64,000 bases of DNA from assembly GCA_963674785.1 (NCBI GenBank), contig OY771555.1:144851-208850 (forward strand). The letters are read 5' to 3'. The notes under the pieces were generated by a model, which searched no databases, was not told the origin of the DNA, and saw only the letters and a list, made by a program, of their open reading frames with translations. Shown here piece by piece: positions 8,932 to 18,869 of this stretch. This DNA comes from Caldisericia bacterium. Its GTDB lineage: Bacteria; Caldisericota; Caldisericia; JAAYUI01. Numbering within the stretch: position 1 is the first letter of the stretch; each line of letters begins with the position of its first letter. Position numbers and translations under genes: made by a program.

Positions 8932-9451
8932 GAATAATTGCTCCAGCAGCTCGAACCGAAAGATGATTAAACTCGGTTGGTCCGCAGATAGGATTCAGAA
9001 TATAATCACATCTTTTCATCGTCTCATCCGTCAAACCCCAACCTGTTCCAAGAATTATCATTATGTTTTCTAGTTCCAATTTTCTGAAATCACCAAAGCT
9101 TATTGAATTTTCATTTCTCTTTGCACTGGTGCCAATGATACGAGGTTTCGCACCTGCGATCTTTGTAAAGTCTTCAATCGCCAAATCGAAATTGGGAGTT
9201 ATTCTGCAAAGCTCAAGTGCATGTGATCTGTGTGGATTCCACGTCCTTCCACCACCAACATTCCAGAAACCAAGGATTCTCTCAACGATTCCTCTCTGAA
9301 GTGGAGCAGGATGAGTGATGTAAAACCTATCAATTCCAAATGTTCTACTTGACCTTGCAAGGTCGTGAATATCAAATGGAGTCACAGATGAAGCTTGAAT
9401 TTCATTTTTCCTGTCAAGTACCGGATGATGTATGAGGACGAGTGATTTCAA
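8900..9451 (-). CDS. SPOUT-superfamily methyltransferase-like protein (trmD-operon associated)
   Basis: 183 aa; motifs ILGTGWGL and HLSVRAAGAIILDRL resemble SPOUT proteins; start overlaps the trmD stop (ATGA). Family assignment is from memory and tentative. Confidence 0.5.
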   Translation of the reverse strand: MKSLVLIHHPVLDRKNEIQASSVTPFDIHDLARSSRTFGIDRFYITHPAPLQRGIVERILGFWNVGGGRTWNPHRSHALELCRITPNFDLAIEDFTKIAGAKPRIIGTSAKRNENSISFGDFRKLELENIMIILGTGWGLTDETMKRCDYILNPICGPTEFNHLSVRAAGAIILDRLYGLRDE

Positions 9452-10194
9452 AGTTTTTCCTCCAGCTCTTTTATCTCAGATATGATTTTTAGGAGAATTT
9501 TTTTGTCAGTATTACAAAGATCAGCATTTAAAAGGAGGTCGGGTCTCATCATAAGTGTTCTTCTGAGTGCCTGTTCAGTTCTCCACTGCGAGATCTTTTT
9601 GTGATTACCAGATCTGAGGATTTTTGGAACCTCTGATTCCAAAAGTTCTGCAGGTCTAGTGTATTGAGGATATTCGAGAAGATTGTCATCAAAAGATTCA
9701 ACATCAAGTGAATCGTGTTTGCCAAGAATGCCTGGAATCAATCTTGTGACGGCATCAGCCATCGCAAGTGCTGCAAACTCGCCACCTGTCATTATAAAAT
9801 CACCGAGTGATAACCAATCTGTGCAATAGGAGGAGACTCTTTCATCAATTCCTTCGTAGTGCCCACATATAAAAGTAATGGCGGGAGCGTTTGAAAGGTC
9901 TTTTGCAATTTTCTGGTTGAAGGTTTTCCCAGCAGGCGAGGTCAAGACAATCCTGGAATCCTCTGGTAAATCAAGTGAGTTAAGTAACCTGAAAATAGGT
10001 TCAGGTTTCATAAGCATTCCGGCACCACCACCATACGGTGTATCATCAGTTGTATTGTGCCGATCTCCCGAAAAATCCCTGATGTTTATTGCCTGAAATT
10101 CAAGGAGGCCAGCCTCTACTGCCCTCCCCATTATTGAAACTCCACAAGAGTTTTCAAAAAACGACGGGAAGGTCGTTGCAAAGACCAGCCTCAA
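9448..10194 (-). CDS. trmD: tRNA (guanine37-N1)-methyltransferase
   Basis: 248 aa; motifs DDTPYGGGAGM and ICGHYEGIDERV; TGA stop. Confidence 0.9.
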   Translation of the reverse strand: MRLVFATTFPSFFENSCGVSIMGRAVEAGLLEFQAINIRDFSGDRHNTTDDTPYGGGAGMLMKPEPIFRLLNSLDLPEDSRIVLTSPAGKTFNQKIAKDLSNAPAITFICGHYEGIDERVSSYCTDWLSLGDFIMTGGEFAALAMADAVTRLIPGILGKHDSLDVESFDDNLLEYPQYTRPAELLESEVPKILRSGNHKKISQWRTEQALRRTLMMRPDLLLNADLCNTDKKILLKIISEIKELEEKL

Positions 10195-10203
10195 AATTAA
10201 TTC

Positions 10204-10608
10204 CTAACCTTCGGTTATTGATTGAACAATTCCATCTTTCACAACAATCTCTGCTGCGCCAAGCTTTGAATCAAGATTATCTCCTACTTTGATTTCGGTT
10301 GTTCCCTCAAGTAATCCCTGATTGAACAAATCTCCGTCCTTCATTTTGGAAACCTGATTCACTCTTGACTCGAGCTCCTTGATCGTTGCTTCTCTGGAGC
10401 TTTTTTCTCTTTCAAGCTGTTCTTTGACCTGCATAATCTGGTTATAATCCATACTACCAGTTTTAAGCATGAGCTGTTGCTCTGATGATTTCAGCTTATC
10501 AAGTTCAACCTTGATCTCTGAGATCATACTCTGAACTTGTCCTGAGAACTGTTTTCTGAATTCTTCCGTAACCACCGATTTGAGGGTTACTTTTCTGTTA
10601 ATCAACAC
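10204..10608 (-). CDS. YlqD-like coiled-coil protein
   Basis: 134 aa, coiled-coil-rich; sits where ylqD lies in the Firmicutes rpsP-ylqC-ylqD-rimM-trmD-rplS cluster. No PRC-barrel, so not RimM. Confidence 0.5.
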   Translation of the reverse strand: MLINRKVTLKSVVTEEFRKQFSGQVQSMISEIKVELDKLKSSEQQLMLKTGSMDYNQIMQVKEQLEREKSSREATIKELESRVNQVSKMKDGDLFNQGLLEGTTEIKVGDNLDSKLGAAEIVVKDGIVQSITEG

Positions 10609-10851
10609 TTATTCAGAGGCCTCAATAACGTTTACTTCAGCTTTTTTACCATGTTTGTTGGAGACGGCACGGATGAGAACACGGAGAGCGTTAATTGTGC
10701 GACCCTGTTTACCAATGACTTTTCCGAGATCAGCCTGGTCAACTTTGATTTCATATGTGAGGTGCTGTTCGCCAACGAGTTCGTTAATGTCTACCATGTC
10801 TGGGTTATCAACAAGCTGCTTTACGATGTAATTGAGTGTGTCTTTAAACAT
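10609..10851 (-). CDS. KH domain RNA-binding protein (YlqC/UPF0109)
   Basis: 80 aa; GKVIGKQGRTINALR KH motif; immediately downstream of rpsP. Confidence 0.8.
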   Translation of the reverse strand: MFKDTLNYIVKQLVDNPDMVDINELVGEQHLTYEIKVDQADLGKVIGKQGRTINALRVLIRAVSNKHGKKAEVNVIEASE

Positions 10852-10855
10852 AATG

Positions 10856-11161
10856 TTAATCCTCCTGGTTAGTGGCAGAATCTGCCTGCTTTGTGTTTGT
10901 CTTCTGTTCCTGATACTTTGCCCATGTCCCCGTCTGCTTCAGCATTGCTAGTGCTGAATCGGTGTATTCAACTCCGACTCCGAGCCAGTAGAGAACTCTG
11001 TCCTCATTATAGTTGGATACTTTGTTATCATGAATGAAATCGATGTGTCCAAGCAGTTCGATATAATCACTGCTTGTTGCCTGTTTTCTGTCCATAACAA
11101 CAAGACGGAAGCTGGGTTCGTGCTTCTTACCTACGCGTACAAGTTTGAGTTTCGCGGCCAA
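10856..11161 (-). CDS. rpsP: 30S ribosomal protein S16
   Basis: S16 pattern AAKLKLVRVGKKHEPSFRLVVMD. ORF track starts at an upstream TTG; the second in-frame TTG (codon 13 of the track ORF) gives the usual N-terminus. Confidence 0.85.
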   Translation of the reverse strand: MAAKLKLVRVGKKHEPSFRLVVMDRKQATSSDYIELLGHIDFIHDNKVSNYNEDRVLYWLGVGVEYTDSALAMLKQTGTWAKYQEQKTNTKQADSATNQED

Positions 11162-11338
11162 TTTGGTCTGGTCCCCCTTCTTTTGATTATGTTGCAATCG
11201 TGGAATTTTATGTATCTACCGCTGATTGTCAAGTGATTTAGGTTATAAGAATGTTTTTAAGATGTTTACATTTATTTTTATCTAGTTATTGCACCCATAT
11301 GAAACTCGAGTAGAATAGCACAAAACACTGGAGGAGCG

Positions 11339-12850
11339 ATGAAAAATAAAACGATAACAGCCATAGCAATAACAGTATCAGTTATTATTGTTGCAGGAAT
11401 TGGAGCATTTGCACTTATGAGCATCTGGAAGAATTCCTCAATAGATCCACTTGCATTTATACCAGAAGATTGCGGATTCTACGCCGTCTTTGATTCAGGT
11501 TTAAACATGGAGGATGTAAAAAGACCTATCGAATCACTTGGAGACACATACAAAAACGAATTTGAAGACTATTTTGACGAATTCATGGAGACTGACCTTT
11601 CATTTCTAAACCTCAACGGTTTTGTTGTGAAGAACTCCGACAGCATTTTATCACAGGATTTTGTTATTGGTCTTGAAATCACAGATAAAGCTGGTGCAAG
11701 AAAAGGGCTAGAAAATATCTACAATATCTTTGATTTTGAAGATAAACCCGAAATTATTGAAGATGAAAAAGGATTCATAAAAATCGGGGATGATTTTGTG
11801 TGTTTTGTTGAAAAGAACTTCCTGCTAATATCTCAAAGCTCAAGAGCAATAAATGATGTCCTTGATGTAAAATCAGGGGAAGATAAATCCATAATGGAAA
11901 ATGCCGATTGGAAGAAAATCAGCCACGAATTGTCCACTAAATTTTCAATTTTTGTACAAGTCCCCCTGGGTAAAGAACCTCTTGTTGTCGCTGCAACAGA
12001 ACTTTCAGAAAAGACTTCGGAGCATGGATTAGAGATAATACTTATCGAAGGGCGTCAAAGATTGAAGTCATCAATTCCAGATAAAGAAACAAGAGAAATA
12101 ATCGCACTTTTTGATGAAGTTTTCGAAAATAGCCGAGATTTGTCAGGCATTCTGTCGATGCTTCCCGATGCACCAATTGTTGGCGCTGCTTCTATGATTC
12201 CAAATTTCAACCTAGACATTTCAGACTCCAATGATAAGAATGTTTTCTTGGATGGTGATTATGGTTTCTGGGTCGACCCTGATGAATTCAATTCCCCAGC
12301 TATTTTTTGTCAGCTTATGAAGCCAACGGGTGTTTCAACAAGTAAACTTCTTGAATACATTTTCCCAGAGGATGAATTCAAGATTGAAGATAATCTGGGT
12401 GTAAAAGAAATTTATTCTTCCTTCTTTTTTCCAATGTCCCCATTTAATGATGAAGAACTAGAAGAGATTTCATTTGAAACCGAACCATCTTTTTTTGCAT
12501 CAGAAAAGAACGGAACAGCAATTATCTCAACAGAAATTGATGCCCTGGATTTTCAGCCATCCAAAAAGAACATAAAAACTGAGGATGCGGTGGCTTACTG
12601 CATAATCGATTTCAAAACCATGATTCAAAACAGTCTTGATTCAATAAAGGATTCCGAATATCAACCCGCATACGGATTAGATGAATACAAGGAAAGACTA
12701 AAGAAAATCGATCTTAAAGCAGTGATCAGACTCTATGAAAAGGACACAGATATGAGACTTAAACTCTCGTTCTCTGGTGATTTAAAAGAAATAAAATCAA
12801 TATTGATGGATGCTGCTGGCGAGATAACAAAAGAATCAAGTGAACAATAG
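11339..12850 (+). CDS. Membrane-anchored hypothetical protein (tandem paralog 1)
   Basis: 503 aa; N-terminal TM helix then acidic domain. Shares blocks with the next gene (ADWKKISHELSTKFSIF, EHGLEIILIEGRQ, NSRDLSGILSMLPDAPIVGAASMIPNF). Confidence 0.7.
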   Translation: MKNKTITAIAITVSVIIVAGIGAFALMSIWKNSSIDPLAFIPEDCGFYAVFDSGLNMEDVKRPIESLGDTYKNEFEDYFDEFMETDLSFLNLNGFVVKNSDSILSQDFVIGLEITDKAGARKGLENIYNIFDFEDKPEIIEDEKGFIKIGDDFVCFVEKNFLLISQSSRAINDVLDVKSGEDKSIMENADWKKISHELSTKFSIFVQVPLGKEPLVVAATELSEKTSEHGLEIILIEGRQRLKSSIPDKETREIIALFDEVFENSRDLSGILSMLPDAPIVGAASMIPNFNLDISDSNDKNVFLDGDYGFWVDPDEFNSPAIFCQLMKPTGVSTSKLLEYIFPEDEFKIEDNLGVKEIYSSFFFPMSPFNDEELEEISFETEPSFFASEKNGTAIISTEIDALDFQPSKKNIKTEDAVAYCIIDFKTMIQNSLDSIKDSEYQPAYGLDEYKERLKKIDLKAVIRLYEKDTDMRLKLSFSGDLKEIKSILMDAAGEITKESSEQ

Positions 12851-12935
12851 CCTATCCAAAGCATATTAAAAACGATAACTAAATCCTTGTGTCAAAATAA
12901 GAAAGCAGATACTATTTTCGGTGTTTGGAGGAAAC

Positions 12936-14402
12936 ATGAAAAATAAAATTACTGTTGTTTTAATAACCGTTCTTTTGGTTATTTTTATTGGTGGGGCAGT
13001 CTCACTTGGGCTTGTGGCTGATGCAAACGAGAATTCTCCTGGTCAGACAGATTACGCCAGTGAAAATGCTATGTTGTTTGTGCAGTTTGACTTAGAGTAC
13101 AACGCTCAAGATTTGATTGACGAAGTAAAACTTGTAATTCCGATGTTTGAAGATTTGATTGATGAAGAATTTGTTGGATTACTTGATTTTGATTACTCAT
13201 TCATAGACCTAGCGGGTTTTTATGTATTCGAGTCATACAGCGAAATTGACTACTCAATAAACAGCACCTTTGGGTTAAGGCTTTCAGGGGAAGGTGATCC
13301 TGAAAAAGGAATCGAATCAATTCTTGGCTATCTTGAAGAAACTTTTGAATTAGGAATTGAACATACAGACGAAGGCTACATAATCATTGATAACATCTAC
13401 ACAATGTATTTGGCTGAAGACTACATTCTTTTTGCTGAAGATACTCAATCAATTGAGTTTGCTCTTGACATAAAAGAGAACGACAAGCCAACCATCGCTG
13501 ATAGTCCCAATTGGAAAAAAGTTGAAAACGATTTATCTAAAAACTTCTCTTTCCTCATTAACTACCCATCCTTTATGGGCGAAAGCAGCATTCCAATTGC
13601 TGGAACATATATAAATCCAAGCAAAAATGAATATGGAATCGAACTTATTCTGGTTGATGGAAGAGAACAATTCGAAAACATGTTTTCTTTTGATGCTACG
13701 GGAGAGATTGCATCAAGTCTCAACTCTCTTTTTGATCAATCCAGAGACCTGTCAGATACAATATCATATCTTCCTGACACTGGACTTCGTGGGGCAATTG
13801 CTGGAATCCCAAATTTCGATGAATATTTCACTACTGTCGAGTTTCTTGAGGGCAGCAATGGGTATTGGTTAGACCTAGAAGATGAGTATCTTGGTAAAGA
13901 AGGTTTGATGTATGAGGCAACTGACATTGAACCAAAAGAGCTTCTTCTGAAGCTCTATCCTGAGAAAACTTACCACTATGAAGAAACCGAAGATGGGTTT
14001 GAGCTATACAGACTTCCATTCTTTTTTGATCCGTCAGAGGATGAATTTGACATAACCGACAAAACTCCAGATTTGTTTTGTCAAATCGATGAAAGCAAGA
14101 TATACGTCGTCTCAGACGAATCAATGAAACAAGAAACCTGGGAAAAATCAGAATTCAAGGATACTGGTGATTCTGTAGCATTCTTTGAGCTTGACTATGG
14201 AGAATTGCTCGAATCGATGGCTTCATCTGATGATGAAATGGGTTTTGGAATTGATCCATCTCTTTTAGCGGGACTTGTCAAGGAAGCTGACATAAAAGTA
14301 AACGTCAGATTATTTGAATTAAAACCAAATATAAAGCTTGATGTAATTATGAGTGGCGACTTCGAACTGCTTTCTGAGCTTGTTGAGAGTCTATTGCCTT
14401 GA
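12936..14402 (+). CDS. Membrane-anchored hypothetical protein (tandem paralog 2)
   Basis: Paralog of 11339..12850 (SPNWKKVENDLSKNFSFL, EYGIELILVDGREQ, QSRDLSDTISYLPDTGLRGAIAGIPNF). Start moved to ATG at 12936, preceded by GGAGG. Confidence 0.7.
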   Translation: MKNKITVVLITVLLVIFIGGAVSLGLVADANENSPGQTDYASENAMLFVQFDLEYNAQDLIDEVKLVIPMFEDLIDEEFVGLLDFDYSFIDLAGFYVFESYSEIDYSINSTFGLRLSGEGDPEKGIESILGYLEETFELGIEHTDEGYIIIDNIYTMYLAEDYILFAEDTQSIEFALDIKENDKPTIADSPNWKKVENDLSKNFSFLINYPSFMGESSIPIAGTYINPSKNEYGIELILVDGREQFENMFSFDATGEIASSLNSLFDQSRDLSDTISYLPDTGLRGAIAGIPNFDEYFTTVEFLEGSNGYWLDLEDEYLGKEGLMYEATDIEPKELLLKLYPEKTYHYEETEDGFELYRLPFFFDPSEDEFDITDKTPDLFCQIDESKIYVVSDESMKQETWEKSEFKDTGDSVAFFELDYGELLESMASSDDEMGFGIDPSLLAGLVKEADIKVNVRLFELKPNIKLDVIMSGDFELLSELVESLLP

Positions 14403-14440
14403 TATTTTAATATATTTCATCTATACTTAGGCAAGCGCAG

Positions 14441-16684
14441 ATGAGAAGTCAAAGAGCGAGAATAGCATTCGTATTGTTTTTGGCAATCTCGCTTGCCTTT
14501 GCGCCCTACTCTGCTTCCGCAAGATCAATCTCTTGGAATATGTTTGGTTTCAATGCAAGCCATACATTTGCAACAGATGAGCAGATTTCCACAGACTTAT
14601 CAGTCGACTGGATGTATGATACTGGAGGAGGAGTTGTTGCAACTGCAACCCCGTGTTACGAATCTGGGAGATTTTACGTCCCTCAAGCATCGGGCATGAT
14701 CAGTTGTTACAATGAGGAAACGGGAAAGAGATTGTGGAGATCAAAGCTTTCTTCTGCCCCAATCGTTTCGAAACCAAAACCCGTTGGTGGATACCTAGTA
14801 ACCACTTCTTATGATGGAAAACTCTACTCACTTTTTGCAAAAGATGGCAGCACCTACCGAAGCCGTGATATTGGATCACACACCTCAACCTCTCCTGTTG
14901 TGAGTAATGGGTATATCTTCACTGTCACAGATGAAGGTGAACTTGCCAAATGGACAATAAATGGTGTTTTCAAGGTTCAACAAAAAAATATAGAATCGCA
15001 AGTAAAATTAGATACTGACCCTGTCGTAACGAGAAAAGGGATAGCTATTGCAACAAACGATGACAAGATAAAATGTTTCGACATAAGATGGGGTAAAAAT
15101 CTTGAACTTAAATGGGAACGCTCAATTGCCATTCCATCTGGATCGAACTCCATGACCGAGACTGCCGATGGAATTTTGACAGTTGATTCTGATGGGATAC
15201 TTCATTATCTAAACTGGGACAATGGTAAAGATATCTGGGCTCTTCCTCTTGGTGAAGAGGTTCTATCAGGGATCATAACTGACTCTGGGAATGCTTATCT
15301 TGCAACAATGAGTGGTAATGTTCACTCAATATCAATTTCAGGTGGACGTTCTGATTGGATGAGAAGCCTCAAAGAAGAGGTTGTAAGCTCAAATCTTTCC
15401 ATCTCTGGTGGCAAGCTTTATGTCGGCAGCAAAAGACCTGCGAGACATTTGCACTGTTTAACATTGACGAGTAGCTCACTTTGGAACGAATGGTTCGAAA
15501 TGCCGTTTGGATGTAATATCTCTGCGGGGCAAAACGGCGTGCTTGTTATCCCAACAAGTGGTCAGGGTCAATATTTATCTCTATCGACATCAGATACCAT
15601 CTGGAAGTGTGATGTTGGAGGGCTTTCAGAAAGTGCACCAGTAGTCGACGGCAACCAAGTATTTTTCACTCTAACGGATGGTTCAGTTAGATCGATCAAC
15701 TCAGACAATGGAAGACTTATTTGGAGAAAAGATTTTGAAACACAAATAAATTCATCTCCTGCAATTGGAAACGGCAAGATAGTGCTTGCCCCAAGCAACA
15801 AACCTGTTGTGTGTCTGGACTCAAAAAATGGCAGGGAATTATGGCAAACAAATCTTTACAAGTATGTTGGCTCTGCACCAACCATCTATGGTAACACTGT
15901 ATTTGTTGGGGCATGGGATGGACTTGTGTACTCGTATGACCTTCAAACAGGCAACCCTGAAAGACAATACAAAACCTACGGACAGATAACTTCCTCCCCG
16001 ACGATCACAAGAGACGGTGTATTTGTTGGATCACACGACAGATTCTTCTACAAATTTCACAGAATTAACGGGAACAATGAGTGGCTTTATCCAACAGGAA
16101 AAGTTAAGAGAACCTGTGCTGAATCAAACAGGAACGGTTTTGTAATCTCTGAGAACACTATAACCTCACTTGACATGAAAAAGAGTCACGTCAGCTTGAA
16201 TTGGAGCCGCAAATTTGACTCTTTGGTCATCGCTGAACCCGCCTATAGCCAGACTCACCTTTTTGTAATGACTGCTGATGGCTATGTTACATGTATTGAC
16301 CAGAACGAGGATAATGGGGAAACCTATGTGTGGAAAAAGAAGCTTTCTCTGGATGGTTCTTACAAGAGCATTATTTTATGCCGAGACAGATTATGCATTT
16401 TGACCGGAAAATCCATTTATATTTTGTCCGCCGAGACAGGTAAGGAATTGTGGAATTATAAGCGAGGAATCAATATTACAGGGATGGTTCTCTCAAATGG
16501 CAAACTCATAATCTCAACACAGTCTGGTTCAATTGTCTGCATGAGTCCAACTCAAAATGTAAACGTACAAAAACCAGACAAGCTTCCATCCGCAGAGTAC
16601 ACACTCGACCCAAAATCCAAAGAGGATGTAATTAATGAAGCAATTCAAAACAAAACAACACCTGACCAAATCATGGTTTGGTAG
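14441..16684 (+). CDS. Secreted PQQ-type beta-propeller repeat protein
   Basis: 747 aa; signal peptide MRSQRARIAFVLFLAISLAFAPYSASA; repeated propeller-blade motifs (ETGKRLW, KNGRELW, AETGKELW). Confidence 0.75.
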   Translation: MRSQRARIAFVLFLAISLAFAPYSASARSISWNMFGFNASHTFATDEQISTDLSVDWMYDTGGGVVATATPCYESGRFYVPQASGMISCYNEETGKRLWRSKLSSAPIVSKPKPVGGYLVTTSYDGKLYSLFAKDGSTYRSRDIGSHTSTSPVVSNGYIFTVTDEGELAKWTINGVFKVQQKNIESQVKLDTDPVVTRKGIAIATNDDKIKCFDIRWGKNLELKWERSIAIPSGSNSMTETADGILTVDSDGILHYLNWDNGKDIWALPLGEEVLSGIITDSGNAYLATMSGNVHSISISGGRSDWMRSLKEEVVSSNLSISGGKLYVGSKRPARHLHCLTLTSSSLWNEWFEMPFGCNISAGQNGVLVIPTSGQGQYLSLSTSDTIWKCDVGGLSESAPVVDGNQVFFTLTDGSVRSINSDNGRLIWRKDFETQINSSPAIGNGKIVLAPSNKPVVCLDSKNGRELWQTNLYKYVGSAPTIYGNTVFVGAWDGLVYSYDLQTGNPERQYKTYGQITSSPTITRDGVFVGSHDRFFYKFHRINGNNEWLYPTGKVKRTCAESNRNGFVISENTITSLDMKKSHVSLNWSRKFDSLVIAEPAYSQTHLFVMTADGYVTCIDQNEDNGETYVWKKKLSLDGSYKSIILCRDRLCILTGKSIYILSAETGKELWNYKRGINITGMVLSNGKLIISTQSGSIVCMSPTQNVNVQKPDKLPSAEYTLDPKSKEDVINEAIQNKTTPDQIMVW

Positions 16685-18080
16685 TCTTTTACTCGTAATT
16701 TTTTTTAGCACAAATGTTTTTGCCGGAGGGGAACTTATCCGAATTGGGCAAGCATGGTGTCAATGTGCTTTTCAGCCAACTGAAGTTTGTCTGATGGATA
16801 ATTGGGTTTTGTATGTAGACAAGGAACTTCATCAAATATACACATTCACACACAGCGGGACTTTTAATGGCAATCTTTCTCGCGATGGAAACTGTGTAGG
16901 TCCTGAGGATTTCACACCATTTAGACTTGCATATATCGACAATCTTGTTTTTGCAACCTGTCACCACGATAACGCAGTAAAAGCACTCAGAAATGGTAAA
17001 GTAACCGAGAAAATCACAACTGCAGAGCTCGGTTTCCCAAATGCCAAACCAACCGCAATAAATGCTGGTGATTACTTCATATATGTTGCACTTGATAATG
17101 ATAAACTCGTTGCCATGTATTATGATTTTGAGGTTGAAACAATTATCGATACTAATTGTGTTGCAATGGATTTTTTGGATGAAAACCTGATCGTCATAAC
17201 TGAAAATGGGTTTTTAAAAACATACGATGTTGATTTGAATTTCATTTCTGAGAAAGACCTTTCGGGTCATTACGCTGGTCAGATTCAAAATCCAACAGAT
17301 ATGGTTATGGATGATGAGGGTTTGATATGGATTACCCATGATGGTGGATTAACAGTTCTAAACAATGATGGCACTTTTGGGGTATGGGGTAACAAATATT
17401 CTGATATGGAAATCGAACGAACAATAATCAGTGGTGATCCGATTGTTGGGTCAAAAGGGATATTCCCAGCAAATGCTGTAGACACAAGTGGTGGCTACTT
17501 TTATCTCACCCAAAATGGAAAATACGGTTTAACAGTCTCAAAAGACCTTATAAATCAGGTTCCAAGCTCCCAGGTTCATTTTATGGCAATTGCACTAACA
17601 GAAGATGAATACTGGAAACAAGCGATAAATATTTGGAAACTTCAACAGTATCTTTATCCACAAGTCTTAGTTGCAGTATTCCAAGATAGCGGACTTGAAA
17701 AAATTGGAATAAACGGAAATGGCGTATACCTAAATGGTGAATATATAACCGATGATTTCTCAGAAATCGAAAATGTTGAGATTTTCGGAGATGAAATTCT
17801 TGAATGTTCTGCTGAAACATCAAACATCAATATCAACGTAACTGAAGGAAAGCTTGTGGCTGATGTGAGCAAATCTGATGAACCTTTTGAAACCTCTCTT
17901 GCTCTCCTTGAGATACATGGTGAAAAGACACCGCTCATCGTTGATGATATAAGTCTAATCCATGCAAACAGATTTCAAAAAATTGAATGTGATATAAACA
18001 TTCCAGAGTACCCATCTGTTTTGTTTGCTGTGATACTAAACAAGCAAGGAAAGTCACTTGGAGCAAGGATTATCAGATAA
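16635..18080 (+). CDS. Secreted hypothetical protein (possible beta-propeller)
   Basis: 481 aa with signal-peptide-like N-terminus; overlaps the upstream gene by 50 nt. Its last ~18 codons are duplicated at 18475-18539. Confidence 0.6.
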   Translation: MKQFKTKQHLTKSWFGSLLLVIFFSTNVFAGGELIRIGQAWCQCAFQPTEVCLMDNWVLYVDKELHQIYTFTHSGTFNGNLSRDGNCVGPEDFTPFRLAYIDNLVFATCHHDNAVKALRNGKVTEKITTAELGFPNAKPTAINAGDYFIYVALDNDKLVAMYYDFEVETIIDTNCVAMDFLDENLIVITENGFLKTYDVDLNFISEKDLSGHYAGQIQNPTDMVMDDEGLIWITHDGGLTVLNNDGTFGVWGNKYSDMEIERTIISGDPIVGSKGIFPANAVDTSGGYFYLTQNGKYGLTVSKDLINQVPSSQVHFMAIALTEDEYWKQAINIWKLQQYLYPQVLVAVFQDSGLEKIGINGNGVYLNGEYITDDFSEIENVEIFGDEILECSAETSNININVTEGKLVADVSKSDEPFETSLALLEIHGEKTPLIVDDISLIHANRFQKIECDINIPEYPSVLFAVILNKQGKSLGARIIR

Positions 18081-18087
18081 ATTAATT
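18023..18087 (+). repeat. Direct repeat copy A (~65 bp; 3' end of CDS 16635..18080)
   Basis: gtttgctgtgatactaaacaagcaaggaaagtcacttggagcaaggattatcagataaattaatt, about 90% identical to copy B at 18475-18539. Confidence 0.8.
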
Positions 18088-18152
18088 AAGGATCTCGCAA
18101 ACTTTAGAGTGGCATCTTCCTAAAAGTCTTAAGGAGAGTATGGTAGGCACTC

Positions 18153-18464
18153 TTACTTGCCACTCTCATATTCCATCTCCATTGAGACTCTTTCAAGTAC
18201 CCGACCTTTGGTGATTGGTATGAGTTCATTTCTTGAACAGTTCTTCACAATCTTTGTGAATACTTTATCTCCTCTCTTTATGATACCGAAGACAGGTATC
18301 TTTGAGTCTGCTCTCCTACCCCTCTTTCCTCTTATTCTCTTTCCTCCAAAATAGCTTTCATCAAGTTCTACTTCACCTTCTACTGGTGATTCATCTGCTA
18401 GTGTAAGAATCCTTCTTCTGAATTTGTTGAACAACTTCCCTACTGTTACACGAGAAATGTTTGA
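18153..18464 (-). pseudogene. IS1595-family (ISXO2-like) transposase fragment
   Basis: Contains ...VELDESYFGGKRIRGKRGRRADSKIPVFGIIKRGDKVFTKIVKNC..., the region around the first catalytic Asp of the IS1595 DDE domain; lacks the Zn-ribbon N-terminus and the rest of the DDE domain. The first 18 codons of the track ORF are antisense to repeat copy B. Confidence 0.65.
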
Positions 18465-18474
18465 AAAATCTGCA

Positions 18475-18539
18475 GTTTGCTGTGATTCAAAACAAGCAAG
18501 GAAAGTCACATAGAACAAGGATTATCAGATAAATTAATT
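18475..18539 (+). repeat. Direct repeat copy B (~65 bp)
   Basis: gtttgctgtgattcaaaacaagcaaggaaagtcacatagaacaaggattatcagataaattaatt; would encode ...FAVIQNKQGKSHRTRIIR*, a degenerate copy of the C-terminus of 16635..18080. Confidence 0.8.
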
Positions 18540-18869
18540 TATTTTAATTAAAGTTTATATTCTTCATTTCTTGGCTCAAATGTTGTTACTATTGACATTT
18601 TTAATTAAATAATAGTAAATTTTACACCTTCATACTTATTTAGATTGTGCTAGAATCCTCTTACATATTGATAACAAACGTTGTCTAGGAGAGATTACAA
18701 TAACAGATTAGGAATAATATTAACAACTAAAACATGGAACATGATTCATCGATCAGTTTGTTAAATATGTTTAACGTTTTGTATCGCAAAACGAAGCTTG
18801 TTGAGAAAGCACATGGTAGAAGTATCTTCCTCAACAAGGCAAAGAACTTGAAAGGAATGATTACAAAAG

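Noticed and set aside
18153-18518. ORF 18153..18518 as an intact transposase
   Set aside because: Only about 100 residues resemble an IS1595 transposase; the Zn-ribbon N-terminus and most of the DDE domain are missing, and the first 18 codons are antisense to a duplicated gene end. Treated as a pseudogene.
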